Assembly: GCA_029863125.1 (NCBI GenBank)
Contig: JAOTWB010000001.1
Coordinates: forward strand, 79,605-143,604
Length of the DNA: 64,000 nt
Reading direction: 5' to 3'
Origin: Gammaproteobacteria bacterium
GTDB taxonomy: Bacteria > Pseudomonadota > Gammaproteobacteria > Steroidobacterales > Woeseiaceae
This document shows, piece after piece, positions 51,505-60,485 of the stretch (positions within the stretch are counted from its first letter, which is position 1; every line of letters begins with the position of its first letter). Position numbers and translations under genes: made by a program. A model generated the notes under the pieces. It worked only from the letters and a program-made list of their open reading frames with translations. It had not been told where the DNA came from and ran no database searches.

Positions 51505-51600
51505 ATCCCCGCCCTCTCAGCTCGCTGGACATTGCCAGCCGTATCTACCAGACTTCTTGGTACTTATGGCGCAATCGCATCATGACCTGAGAGACTCAAC

Positions 51601-52401
51601 ATGCACCAATTCAAGTTACTCGGACGACTGCTGCCGCTGTTGTCTTTATTTGTTAGTTCCCTCGCTACCGCCGACGTGCTCGACGACATCCTCGACAGGG
51701 GCGCTATCCGCGTCGGTGTCGCCGAATTCGTCCCTTGGACGATGCGCAACAAGTCGGGCGATCTGATCGGATTCGAAGTCGATGTTGCCAAGCAGATCGC
51801 CTCAGATATGGGCGTCGAAGCGGAGCTCAAGGTTTACGATTGGGACGCAATAATCCCAGCCCTGGACAAGGGTGAGATCGACGTGATCGCGGGCGGCATG
51901 GCCATTACGCCGGAGCGTGCGCTCAAAGTGAATTTCAGTCGCCCGCTTGCGATATCCGGCGTCGGGCTGGCAACCAACACGAACAAGACACAGAACATGA
52001 AAACGCTGGACGACTTGAACGACAAGAGCGTAACGATTACGACGGTTGCCGAAACTATGGCGGCGAACGTGGCCAGGACCTTGTTCGATCGCGCCAATGT
52101 CAAAATATTTCCGACGAAAGAGCCCGCCGAAAAGGCTGTGATCGAGGGTAGCGCTCACGCCTACCTGGCCGGCGTCCCCGAAGTGCGGTTCCTGGTGCTC
52201 AGAAATCCGGCAAAACTCGATCTGCCGATCAATGAGCCGTTGGTCGCTTCCAGCGAGGCGCTTGCGGTCAGGAAAGGCGAGCAGCAGCTGCTGAATTTCC
52301 TCGATGCATGGGTGACGGTAAGGCAAACCGACAGCTGGCTCGCGACTTCACGTGACTACTGGTTTGGAACGCTGGACTGGGCACCGACGCTCGGTGATTA
52401 A
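51601..52401 (+). CDS. family-3 (amino-acid-type) periplasmic substrate-binding protein
   Basis: Signal peptide, then RGAIRVGVAEFVPWTMRNKSGDLIGFEVDVAKQIASDMG and IDVIAGGMAITPERA. Confidence 0.75.
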   Translation: MHQFKLLGRLLPLLSLFVSSLATADVLDDILDRGAIRVGVAEFVPWTMRNKSGDLIGFEVDVAKQIASDMGVEAELKVYDWDAIIPALDKGEIDVIAGGMAITPERALKVNFSRPLAISGVGLATNTNKTQNMKTLDDLNDKSVTITTVAETMAANVARTLFDRANVKIFPTKEPAEKAVIEGSAHAYLAGVPEVRFLVLRNPAKLDLPINEPLVASSEALAVRKGEQQLLNFLDAWVTVRQTDSWLATSRDYWFGTLDWAPTLGD

Positions 52402-52799
52402 TGCAAGCGCTGCGCGAAACTTCATTGACACTCATCGCGGCACTCGCTGCGATACCGCTGCTGACGTTTGCGCAGGAAACAGAGGATCAGCCGGAAGCCG
52501 ACGATAAAGCGATCGAGGAAGTTGTTGTTTACGGACCCCGAAGCGGCGATCCGGTCGATATCGATGCTTTGTACCTGGAGCAGCTACGCAAGCGGGTCCT
52601 TGACGACTATTTTGAGCAGCAGCAAATCATGGAAAGACAGCGGTGGCGGAGCTCCCTCGACGTCAAGTTGAAGAGCCCTTCGCGAATACGCTGGGGCTAC
52701 GACCCGGGTGCAGAACTGCGCATGCGCCGGGAGACCGACCTGATGGACCTGCCGTTTGAAACCACAAGGCCTGCATCGATTTTCCGCATCGGCTTCTGA
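52401..52799 (+). CDS. hypothetical secreted protein
   Basis: TAATG overlap with the SBP gene. Signal peptide MQALRETSLTLIAALAAIPLLTFA. It ends in FRIGF. Confidence 0.5.
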   Translation: MQALRETSLTLIAALAAIPLLTFAQETEDQPEADDKAIEEVVVYGPRSGDPVDIDALYLEQLRKRVLDDYFEQQQIMERQRWRSSLDVKLKSPSRIRWGYDPGAELRMRRETDLMDLPFETTRPASIFRIGF

Positions 52800-52842
52800 T
52801 CAACCGGTATTCCGGGGGGTGGCCGCCAAAACTGCCGCCGCG

Positions 52843-53754
52843 TCAGAAACGCCATGCCACCGCCGCACTGAAACGCGTCGCCGGATCGCTGCGAAATCGC
52901 GCTCGACTGTCATCCAGCAAGGTCAATTCGAATCGATTTCGAAACTGGCGGCCGACCCCCGCCGTAATCATCAAATGCTCGTGGGCCTGCCATACAATGT
53001 CCCACTCAAGCGACCACGCCTCGTAGACCACGCGGGACTGCTTTTCAAGGCTTTCGTCCTTGACGTACCACTCATTGCCATCCGGCCTGATCCGTATCGC
53101 GGACGCCAGATTTCGGGATAGGCGGCGGGTCAGCTGCGATGCCGGGAAACCCAGCTCGATGGTCCAATCGTTAGCAGGCTCAATCTCGATCCCGACCGAA
53201 GGGTATATCTGGTAGCTGCCGAAACGGTGGTCGCCGCACACGCCGTACCACAGCTTGGTCCGGCCGGATGGTTGCCGGCTCCAAATCAGTGCTGCCAGCA
53301 CCTGAAGTGCATCTGCTTTGTACTCGCGCGGCTTTTTGGCGACGTTGGACGAAGCGGACAGGGCGGGCGCAATGCTGAATCGCACACTGCTGTTATCCGA
53401 CCGGCGCTGTTTGTGCAGGGCAAGAAAATAAGTGTGTAAATGTCCGTTTGTTTGCGGCTGGAGCGGGTCGACATTCAAGATCGTGTAGCGATGCCCGGCC
53501 CCGAACGACCAGTCATTGCGCAGCTGGAACTGCAGGTCGAAACGGCTGTTTTCCTGGTCGATCTCACCGATGTCCGGTTCGATGGAAGACGCTTGCTGCC
53601 TGCTGAAAGCGATCGACAAATACGAATAGGGCGCCGGCTGCCGGCAGATATCAACGCCAGCCAGGCTACTCGAGACGCAAAACGGCAGGAGACAAAGGCC
53701 CCTGAAGCTGCTCTGGAACAGCCTCAAACCTAAGCTATGTATTGCGCCATGCAC
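52843..53754 (-). CDS. putative outer-membrane beta-barrel protein
   Basis: Alternating amphipathic strands and the terminal motif AAVAWRF. It has a GTG start and the N-terminus is uncertain. Confidence 0.5.
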   Translation of the reverse strand: MHGAIHSLGLRLFQSSFRGLCLLPFCVSSSLAGVDICRQPAPYSYLSIAFSRQQASSIEPDIGEIDQENSRFDLQFQLRNDWSFGAGHRYTILNVDPLQPQTNGHLHTYFLALHKQRRSDNSSVRFSIAPALSASSNVAKKPREYKADALQVLAALIWSRQPSGRTKLWYGVCGDHRFGSYQIYPSVGIEIEPANDWTIELGFPASQLTRRLSRNLASAIRIRPDGNEWYVKDESLEKQSRVVYEAWSLEWDIVWQAHEHLMITAGVGRQFRNRFELTLLDDSRARFRSDPATRFSAAVAWRF

Positions 53755-53782
53755 CTTGTGTCGCCGCCCGCGATCGCCGGGA

Positions 53783-54310
53783 TTACATCTCGGCGACCAT
53801 GCGCCCGAATTCTTCTACTTTTTTCCAGTCAGTGAATTCGACAATGGCGTTCGGGTCCGTTGGGCCCCTGGTTATCCACATGATGAAGCGGATCATTTGC
53901 CTGTCGACGAAACCCAGACTCGGATAGTCGATCCTGCCGGCGAAGACACCGAGATGCTGCGGCTGCCAGCTTATTTTTTTCAGAAATTTTTGTAGGTAGG
54001 GATTGGTTTCGGGCCGGTTCTTTTCGGCTTTTCGTGCGACCACGTTAACGGAGAAGAACGCGTTCGGATACGCTTCGAGAGTGTTTTGATTTTCGTTTAT
54101 GAACTCTGCAACAAGCGGCTGGTGTTTGCCGTAACGAATGCTCGCCCCGATTACGACCTTGTCGAACGTTCCTGGAACGAGCTCCGGCCCATCCTTAAGA
54201 TCCTTCAGCTGAACGCTGTTACCGTGCGCTGCAACCGTTTGCTTGATGCGCCTGCAGATCTCTATTGTGTGGCCGTCCGTGGTGGAGTAGAGAATGAGTA
54301 CTTTCGCCAT
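53783..54310 (-). CDS. hemG: flavodoxin-like protoporphyrinogen IX dehydrogenase (menaquinone-dependent)
   Basis: With the ATG at 54310 the protein is 175 aa and starts MAKVLILYSTTDGHTIEICRRI. Its length and the long-loop flavodoxin layout are typical of HemG. Confidence 0.7.
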   Translation of the reverse strand: MAKVLILYSTTDGHTIEICRRIKQTVAAHGNSVQLKDLKDGPELVPGTFDKVVIGASIRYGKHQPLVAEFINENQNTLEAYPNAFFSVNVVARKAEKNRPETNPYLQKFLKKISWQPQHLGVFAGRIDYPSLGFVDRQMIRFIMWITRGPTDPNAIVEFTDWKKVEEFGRMVAEM

Positions 54311-54395
54311 CGAGTGCCGCTCCCCGGGCATAGGTGGAATCCATAACTGCTTCCGTCTGTAAAATACCTTACAAAGGTAGGTTAGGAGAACCTCC

Positions 54396-56237
54396 ATGGC
54401 CAGGCATGTCGACATCCCGCGGTTGCGTAGCCAGCTGACGTCGATCAGCGAGTGTGCGAAACAGCTCGAATCCGACTACGCGGACGACCTCGCCGCCGTC
54501 CATCCCGAGTTTCGTGACAGCGCCCTGAACCTGGTTCACTACCTCGCGCTGCGCCAATCGGACATAAGCGAACTTCAGGAAGACCTTGCCAGCCTCGGCC
54601 TGTCTTCGCTGGGTCGCGCCGAACGCAATGTGATGGGTTCGGTCAACGCCGTCCGGACAGCCTTACAGAGACTCAGCAGCAGCGACGGCGACGAACCGGA
54701 CCTTAAAGGCACATCTTTACAGCTAAGGAATCCCCGCGCCGATGCGCACAAGCGGGCAATTCTCGGAGATCACCCCGCTGGCCGGGACGTGAACATCATG
54801 GTCACGCTGCCGATCGAAGCTGCGGAAAACCAGCAGCTCGTATCAGAAATGATCGCCGCCGGAATGGATCTTGCGAGAATCAACTGCGCGCACGACGACG
54901 CGGCTATCTGGCAGGCTATGGTCGCGAATGTAAGGGCCGCCGGCGCCGCGGCCAACAAAGACTGCAGGATAGTAATGGACCTGGCTGGCTCGAAACTCCG
55001 CACCGGCGATTTGCGCCCCGGCCCGCGGGTGCTTCACCTTCGGCCACGGCGTGATCCGCTGGGGCGCGTCATCGGACCCAGGCGCATTCGATTCATGCCC
55101 GATGACGTCCTGCAGCGCGGCACCAAGGCCGCTGTCATACCGGTACCCCGCGAATGCATTGAAATGGCAGAGGAAGGCAACGAATTCCGCTTCAAGGATA
55201 CGCGCGGCAAGAAACGTCGTCTGATCGTGGTCGATAACGACGCCAAGGGTCTTGTGCTCGAGATATGGAAGGGCGCCTATATCGCGACAGGAACAAAACT
55301 GCGCCTCGTCCGGCACGATGTCGGCGAAAAGCTCGTCTTTCACGTCGGCGAGTTGCCGGCGATCGAGCAACCCATCCAGCTGCGGGTCGGAGACACATTG
55401 ATTCTCCATAAGGACAACATTCCGGGCGCGCCCGCAAAGGAAGATGCCGAGGGAAGTATTGTCACGCCCGCCCATATCTCGTGCCAGCAGCCAGAGGTTT
55501 TCGAATTCCTCGCCGTCGGCCACCCGATCTCCCTCAACGATGGCAAAATTACAGGCGTCGTGCGGTCGATTACTGACGATCAGCTCGAGATCGAAATCAC
55601 CAAGGCGAAGCCGGCCGGAAGCCGTTTGCGGGGGAATCGCGGCATCAACTTCCCGGGCAGCGACATACGGCTGCCGGGCCTGACGGCGTTTGACAGGGAA
55701 AACCTGAAGTTCGTCGCCGCAAACGCTGACGCGGTTGGACTTTCATTTGTTCGAGAACCATCCGACATAACGCTTCTGCAGCAAGCGCTTGCGCAGTTTC
55801 CCGCCAGGCGCGTCGGCGTTGTCATAAAAATAGAGACGAAGCGTGGATTCAACAACCTGCCACGCCTGCTGCTGACCGCAATGCGCAGCTATCCTGCCGC
55901 GGTCATGATCGCGCGCGGTGACCTCGCGGTCGAATGCGGTTGGGAGCGCCTTGCCGAACTGCAGGAAGAAATCCTGTGGCTTTGCGAAGCTGCGCAAATG
56001 CCTGTGATGTGGGCAACACAGGTCCTGGAACAGGAAGCCAAAAAGGGGCAACCGTCCCGCGCCGAGATTAGCGACGCAGCAATGTCACAGCGCGCCGACT
56101 GCGTGATGCTCAACAAGGGACCGCACATTCTTGCGGCCATCCGCATGCTCGACAACATCTTACGTCGAATGCAAAAACATCACTTCAAGAAGACCGCCCG
56201 AATGCGTGAACTCAGTTTCTCCGAAGACGGCGACTAG
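54396..56237 (+). CDS. atypical pyruvate kinase-family protein (N-terminal extension, enlarged B-domain)
   Basis: AGGAG lies 7 nt upstream of the ATG. PK-like motifs are NIMVTLP...AGMDLARINCAHDD, MDLAGSKLRTG, GINFPG, MIARGDLAVECG and ATQVLEQEAKKGQPSRAEISDAA. Confidence 0.65.
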   Translation: MARHVDIPRLRSQLTSISECAKQLESDYADDLAAVHPEFRDSALNLVHYLALRQSDISELQEDLASLGLSSLGRAERNVMGSVNAVRTALQRLSSSDGDEPDLKGTSLQLRNPRADAHKRAILGDHPAGRDVNIMVTLPIEAAENQQLVSEMIAAGMDLARINCAHDDAAIWQAMVANVRAAGAAANKDCRIVMDLAGSKLRTGDLRPGPRVLHLRPRRDPLGRVIGPRRIRFMPDDVLQRGTKAAVIPVPRECIEMAEEGNEFRFKDTRGKKRRLIVVDNDAKGLVLEIWKGAYIATGTKLRLVRHDVGEKLVFHVGELPAIEQPIQLRVGDTLILHKDNIPGAPAKEDAEGSIVTPAHISCQQPEVFEFLAVGHPISLNDGKITGVVRSITDDQLEIEITKAKPAGSRLRGNRGINFPGSDIRLPGLTAFDRENLKFVAANADAVGLSFVREPSDITLLQQALAQFPARRVGVVIKIETKRGFNNLPRLLLTAMRSYPAAVMIARGDLAVECGWERLAELQEEILWLCEAAQMPVMWATQVLEQEAKKGQPSRAEISDAAMSQRADCVMLNKGPHILAAIRMLDNILRRMQKHHFKKTARMRELSFSEDGD

Positions 56238-58991
56238 CTATTCGCGTACGCCGATAAACTCCTTTTCACGCAGCTTCGCGTTCGCGGCTGCCAGCCTCGC
56301 GATCGGCACCCGCGGACCCGAGCAAGAAACATAGTTGAGGCCGACGTGGTGGCAGAAGCGAATTGATTCCGGGTGGCCGCCTTGTTCGCCGCAAATGCCG
56401 ATCTTGAGATCTTCGCGCTGCTTGCGGCCACGATAAACTGCCAGGTCGATCAACTGGCCAACGCCCTGCACGTCCAGTACCTCGAACGGATTGTCCTGCA
56501 GGATTCCGGATTCGTTGTACATGGGAAGGAACTTGTTTTCCGCATCTTCGCGCGAAAACGAGAAAACCGCCTGGGTAAGGTCATTGGTACCGAACGAGAA
56601 GAACTCGACGTGTTCCGCCAACTGTTTTGCCCGCGTACAGGCTCGCACGGTTTCGATCATCGTTCCGAATTTAAACCGGATCTTCTTGCCAAATCCCTTC
56701 TCGAGTTCTTCCGTCAGTGCGTCAACCGTAAGCCTCACCTTGGAAAGCTCCTGCGACGTGATGACCTGCGGCACCATGATCTCGGGATTTACCGAAATGC
56801 CCTTGTTCGCGCATTCGACGGTGGCTTCCAGGATCGCCTGAATCTGCATCGAGTAGATTTCCGGGTACGCAATACCGAGGCGCACGCCGCGGTGGCCCAG
56901 CATCGGATTGACTTCCTGAAGCTCACGCACCTTTTTCAGCATGCGCTCTTTCTTGCCCAGGGCGTCGTTGACCAGCTCCTCGCTGAGTTCATTGAATGCT
57001 TCCGGCAGGCTTGGCGGATTCGACATCGTAGCCAAAGCGGTTTGTCGTCCTCGTACCACGTTACGATAAAGACTCAAGGTCTCGATTTGCTCGAGCAGCT
57101 GCTGCTCGGTCGGCAGGAATTCATGCATGGGCGGATCCAGCAACCTGACGGTAACCGGGTTCGGCGACATTACCGAAAACAACTCAACGAAGTCGGCGCG
57201 CTGGATTGGCATCAGCCGATCCAGAGCAGCCTTTCGGTCTTCCTCGTTATTCGCAAGGATCATGTCGATAACGATGGGCAGGCGATCGCTGGCGTTGAAC
57301 ATTCGCTCGGTGCGGCACAGTCCAATACCCATTGCGCCGTATTCGAGGGCTATTTTCGCTGCTTCCGGTGTGTCGGCATTGGCCATCACCTTCAGGCTGG
57401 CCGTCTCATCCGCCCAGCTTAGCAGCACCTCGAGGTCATCCGAGAAATGCGGCGGCACCGTGGGAATCGCGCCCAGATACACCATGCCCGTACCGCCATC
57501 GAGCGTTATGACGTCGCCTTCGTGGAGAATGTACTCGCCGACATGCGCCTGTCGCAGGGCGACATCGACGACAATCCCCTCGGCTCCCGCAACGCAGGGC
57601 TTGCCCATACCACGGGCAACGACGGCTGCATGCGAAGTCTTGCCGCCACGGCTGGTGAGGATGCCCTCGGCTGCGAAGAAGCCGTGTATATCCTCGGGGC
57701 GCGTTTCTTCGCGCACCAGTATGACCTGGTCACCGATTTTGCCAAGTTTCTCCGCGAGATCGGCGTCGAATACACATTTTCCTGACGCCGCGCCCGGAGA
57801 GGCCGGCAGTCCCGTCGCAATCGGTCTGGAGCTGCTTCCGGGGTCCAGGCTCGGATGCAGCAGCTGCTCCAGCAGTTCCGGGTCAATTCTTAACAACGCC
57901 TGCTCTTTCGAGATCAGCTTCTCTTCGAACATATCGACGGACGTCTTGACCATCGCGGCCGCATTCATTTTTCCATTGCGAGTCTGCAGGCAATATAGCG
58001 TTCCTTTTTCGATCGTGAACTCGTAGTCCTGCACCTCCTTGTAATGCGACTCGAGCTTGTTACGTAGCTCCACGAGCTGCGCATACTGCTTCGGCATTTC
58101 CGTTTCCATTTGCTGCAAAGGTTTTGGCGTGCGAATGCCGGCGACAACATCTTCACCCTGGGCGTTGGTCAGGTACTCACCGAACATTTCATTCTCACCT
58201 GTACCGGGATTTCGCGTGAAGCCAACACCCGTCGCGCAGTCGTCGCCCATGTTGCCGAAGACCATTGTGCAGATATTCACGGCCGTCCCATTCGCCATGT
58301 CCGGCGTGATATGAAATTCGCGGCGATAGTCAACGGCACGCCGGCCCATCCACGAACGAAATACGGCTTCGACGGCGAGCTGCAGCTGCATCATTACGTC
58401 CTGAGGAAAATCACTTCCGCTTTCGCGGTGCACCACGCTGAGAAACTTTTCACTGATCCCCTTGAGATGAGCTGCATTCAGCCCGACATCCGCTTTAACG
58501 CCTGCATGTTTCTTGACGTCCTCGAAATGCTCGTCGAAATACTCATCCCCGATACCCAGCGCGACCTTGCCGAAGAGCTGGATGAAGCGACGATAAGCGT
58601 CGTAGGCAAATCGCTCGTCGCCGGTCTGTTTGATCAGCCCTGCGAGCGTTTCGTCGTTCAGGCCGAGGTTGAGAATGGTGTCCATCATGCCGGGCATGGA
58701 CAGAGCTGAACCGGAGCGAACCGATACCAGCAGGGGATCGTCCCCTTTTCCAAACGACTTGCCGGTAGCCTCCTCGAGTTTGCTGATTTCTTCCCGTACA
58801 GCCTCCATGAGTCCCTTGGGCAACTTGTTTTCCTTCAAATAGTCGAGGCACGCCTCCGTTGTGATGACAAAGCCCGGCGGCACGTTGATTCCGATCTGGG
58901 TCATCTCGCACAAATTGGCGCCTTTGCCGCCGAGTAGTTTCTTGTTGTGGCCGTCGCCGTCAGCGAAAGAGTAGACGCGTTTGTTCTTCAT
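56238..58991 (-). CDS. ppdK: pyruvate, phosphate dikinase
   Basis: The ATG at 58991 gives MKNKRVYSF...GGKGANLCEM. The phospho-His loop is TSRGGKTSHAAVVARG. The PEP/pyruvate domain has FFSFGTNDLTQ and ICGEQGGHPES. Confidence 0.9.
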   Translation of the reverse strand: MKNKRVYSFADGDGHNKKLLGGKGANLCEMTQIGINVPPGFVITTEACLDYLKENKLPKGLMEAVREEISKLEEATGKSFGKGDDPLLVSVRSGSALSMPGMMDTILNLGLNDETLAGLIKQTGDERFAYDAYRRFIQLFGKVALGIGDEYFDEHFEDVKKHAGVKADVGLNAAHLKGISEKFLSVVHRESGSDFPQDVMMQLQLAVEAVFRSWMGRRAVDYRREFHITPDMANGTAVNICTMVFGNMGDDCATGVGFTRNPGTGENEMFGEYLTNAQGEDVVAGIRTPKPLQQMETEMPKQYAQLVELRNKLESHYKEVQDYEFTIEKGTLYCLQTRNGKMNAAAMVKTSVDMFEEKLISKEQALLRIDPELLEQLLHPSLDPGSSSRPIATGLPASPGAASGKCVFDADLAEKLGKIGDQVILVREETRPEDIHGFFAAEGILTSRGGKTSHAAVVARGMGKPCVAGAEGIVVDVALRQAHVGEYILHEGDVITLDGGTGMVYLGAIPTVPPHFSDDLEVLLSWADETASLKVMANADTPEAAKIALEYGAMGIGLCRTERMFNASDRLPIVIDMILANNEEDRKAALDRLMPIQRADFVELFSVMSPNPVTVRLLDPPMHEFLPTEQQLLEQIETLSLYRNVVRGRQTALATMSNPPSLPEAFNELSEELVNDALGKKERMLKKVRELQEVNPMLGHRGVRLGIAYPEIYSMQIQAILEATVECANKGISVNPEIMVPQVITSQELSKVRLTVDALTEELEKGFGKKIRFKFGTMIETVRACTRAKQLAEHVEFFSFGTNDLTQAVFSFSREDAENKFLPMYNESGILQDNPFEVLDVQGVGQLIDLAVYRGRKQREDLKIGICGEQGGHPESIRFCHHVGLNYVSCSGPRVPIARLAAANAKLREKEFIGVRE

Positions 58992-59110
58992 AAGTGGATT
59001 ACCGGTGACTGAGTCTTGAATACTTGGGTTCGAATAGTCGCCCAATAGCCTGCCGCATTCCATTACGGCAAACCACTAAAGCCCGAGCCGGAATTCTGCC
59101 ATAATGGTGC

Positions 59111-60475
59111 ATGGACGATCTCGGCGCGCTGACCCTCATACCGACATTGATTGTCTTCACGCTGGCCATCCTCACGCATCGGCCAATCGAGTCACTCATC
59201 ACGGGTTCGCTGGTCGGCCTCATAATGATCCACGGCACGAGCTTCGTTGGCGGGTTTGCCGAAGCGTCAATCCGGGTAATGACCGATGATGACGTCGCCT
59301 GGGTAATTCTCGTATGCGGTTTCATGGGCAGTCTGATCGGCATTCTCATTCGCACGGGTGCGACCTCTTCTTTTACCGCGCTGATGATGCGCTACGTGCG
59401 ATCCGAGAAGAGCGCGCTGATGGCAACCTGGGGTTTAGGCATCCTGATGTTTGTCGATGACTACCTTAATTCGCTTGCCGTCGGCTCGGCCATGCGCAAT
59501 CTAACCGACAAGTACAAGGTCTCGCGCGAGAAGCTCGCCTATGTCGTGGATTCAACGGCAGCACCTATCAGCGTCATTATTCCCTTTTCGACCTGGGGAG
59601 TTTTCTTCGCCGGGCTGATCGTCGCCAACGGTATTGCGCCGGAGGGAGAGGGTCTTGCGACTTACATCAGCGCTATTCCCTACATGTTGTACGCATGGAT
59701 AGCCGTGCTCCTGGTGCCTCTCGTGATTCTGGGCGTGATTCCGTCGTTCGGCCCGATGAAAACGGCCGAAACCCGCGCGCAGACGACGGGCCATACGGTG
59801 CCACCGAGCGCTGCCCACATCGAGGCCGCCAACCAGTCCATCATGCCCAGTCCGGATGTCAAGCCCCGAGTCTCGATGTTCGTGGTGCCGATGACCGTGC
59901 TCGTGCTCGCCACGCTTTACTTCGACAAGGATTTCTTGGTTGGCATCTACATCGCGCTCGGCGGGACGGCGATCTACATTCTTGCGACTCGCATGCTCAG
60001 CATGAACGATACCTTCGACACGATCGTCGACGGTTTCAAAATGATGATCGAGCCCCTCGGCGTGCTGGTGGCGGCGTTTATCCTCAAGGACGTAAATGAC
60101 GTACTCGGCCTCGCGCCGTATGTCGTCACTACGATGCAACCGTTCTTGACGCCGGAGTCCCTGCCGGCCGTCATTTTCGCCTCGATGGCACTTGTTTCCT
60201 TCATGACGGGATCGAACTGGGGCGTTTTCGTGATCATACTGCCGATCGTCACGGCGCTCGCCAACAACCTGGGCGCGGACATGGTCCTGGTGATCGGCGC
60301 AACGCTGTCCGCCAGCACGTTCGGCAGTCATGCCTGCTTTTATTCCGACGCCACCGTGCTAACCGCACAGGCGTCAGGCTGCACGCCGTTCCAGCACGCC
60401 GTTACGCAGATACCCTACGCCCTGATCGCCGCCGCAATCTCGGTCGCGGGATTTCTGCTCATCGCCTACTTTTAG
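59111..60475 (+). CDS. Na+/H+ antiporter NhaC-family membrane protein
   Basis: 454 aa, polytopic. The text FVDDYLNSLAVGSAMRNLTDKYKVSREKLAYVVDSTAAP is typical of the NhaC-like C-terminal family. Confidence 0.7.
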   Translation: MDDLGALTLIPTLIVFTLAILTHRPIESLITGSLVGLIMIHGTSFVGGFAEASIRVMTDDDVAWVILVCGFMGSLIGILIRTGATSSFTALMMRYVRSEKSALMATWGLGILMFVDDYLNSLAVGSAMRNLTDKYKVSREKLAYVVDSTAAPISVIIPFSTWGVFFAGLIVANGIAPEGEGLATYISAIPYMLYAWIAVLLVPLVILGVIPSFGPMKTAETRAQTTGHTVPPSAAHIEAANQSIMPSPDVKPRVSMFVVPMTVLVLATLYFDKDFLVGIYIALGGTAIYILATRMLSMNDTFDTIVDGFKMMIEPLGVLVAAFILKDVNDVLGLAPYVVTTMQPFLTPESLPAVIFASMALVSFMTGSNWGVFVIILPIVTALANNLGADMVLVIGATLSASTFGSHACFYSDATVLTAQASGCTPFQHAVTQIPYALIAAAISVAGFLLIAYF

Positions 60476-60485
60476 TCCGACCGGC

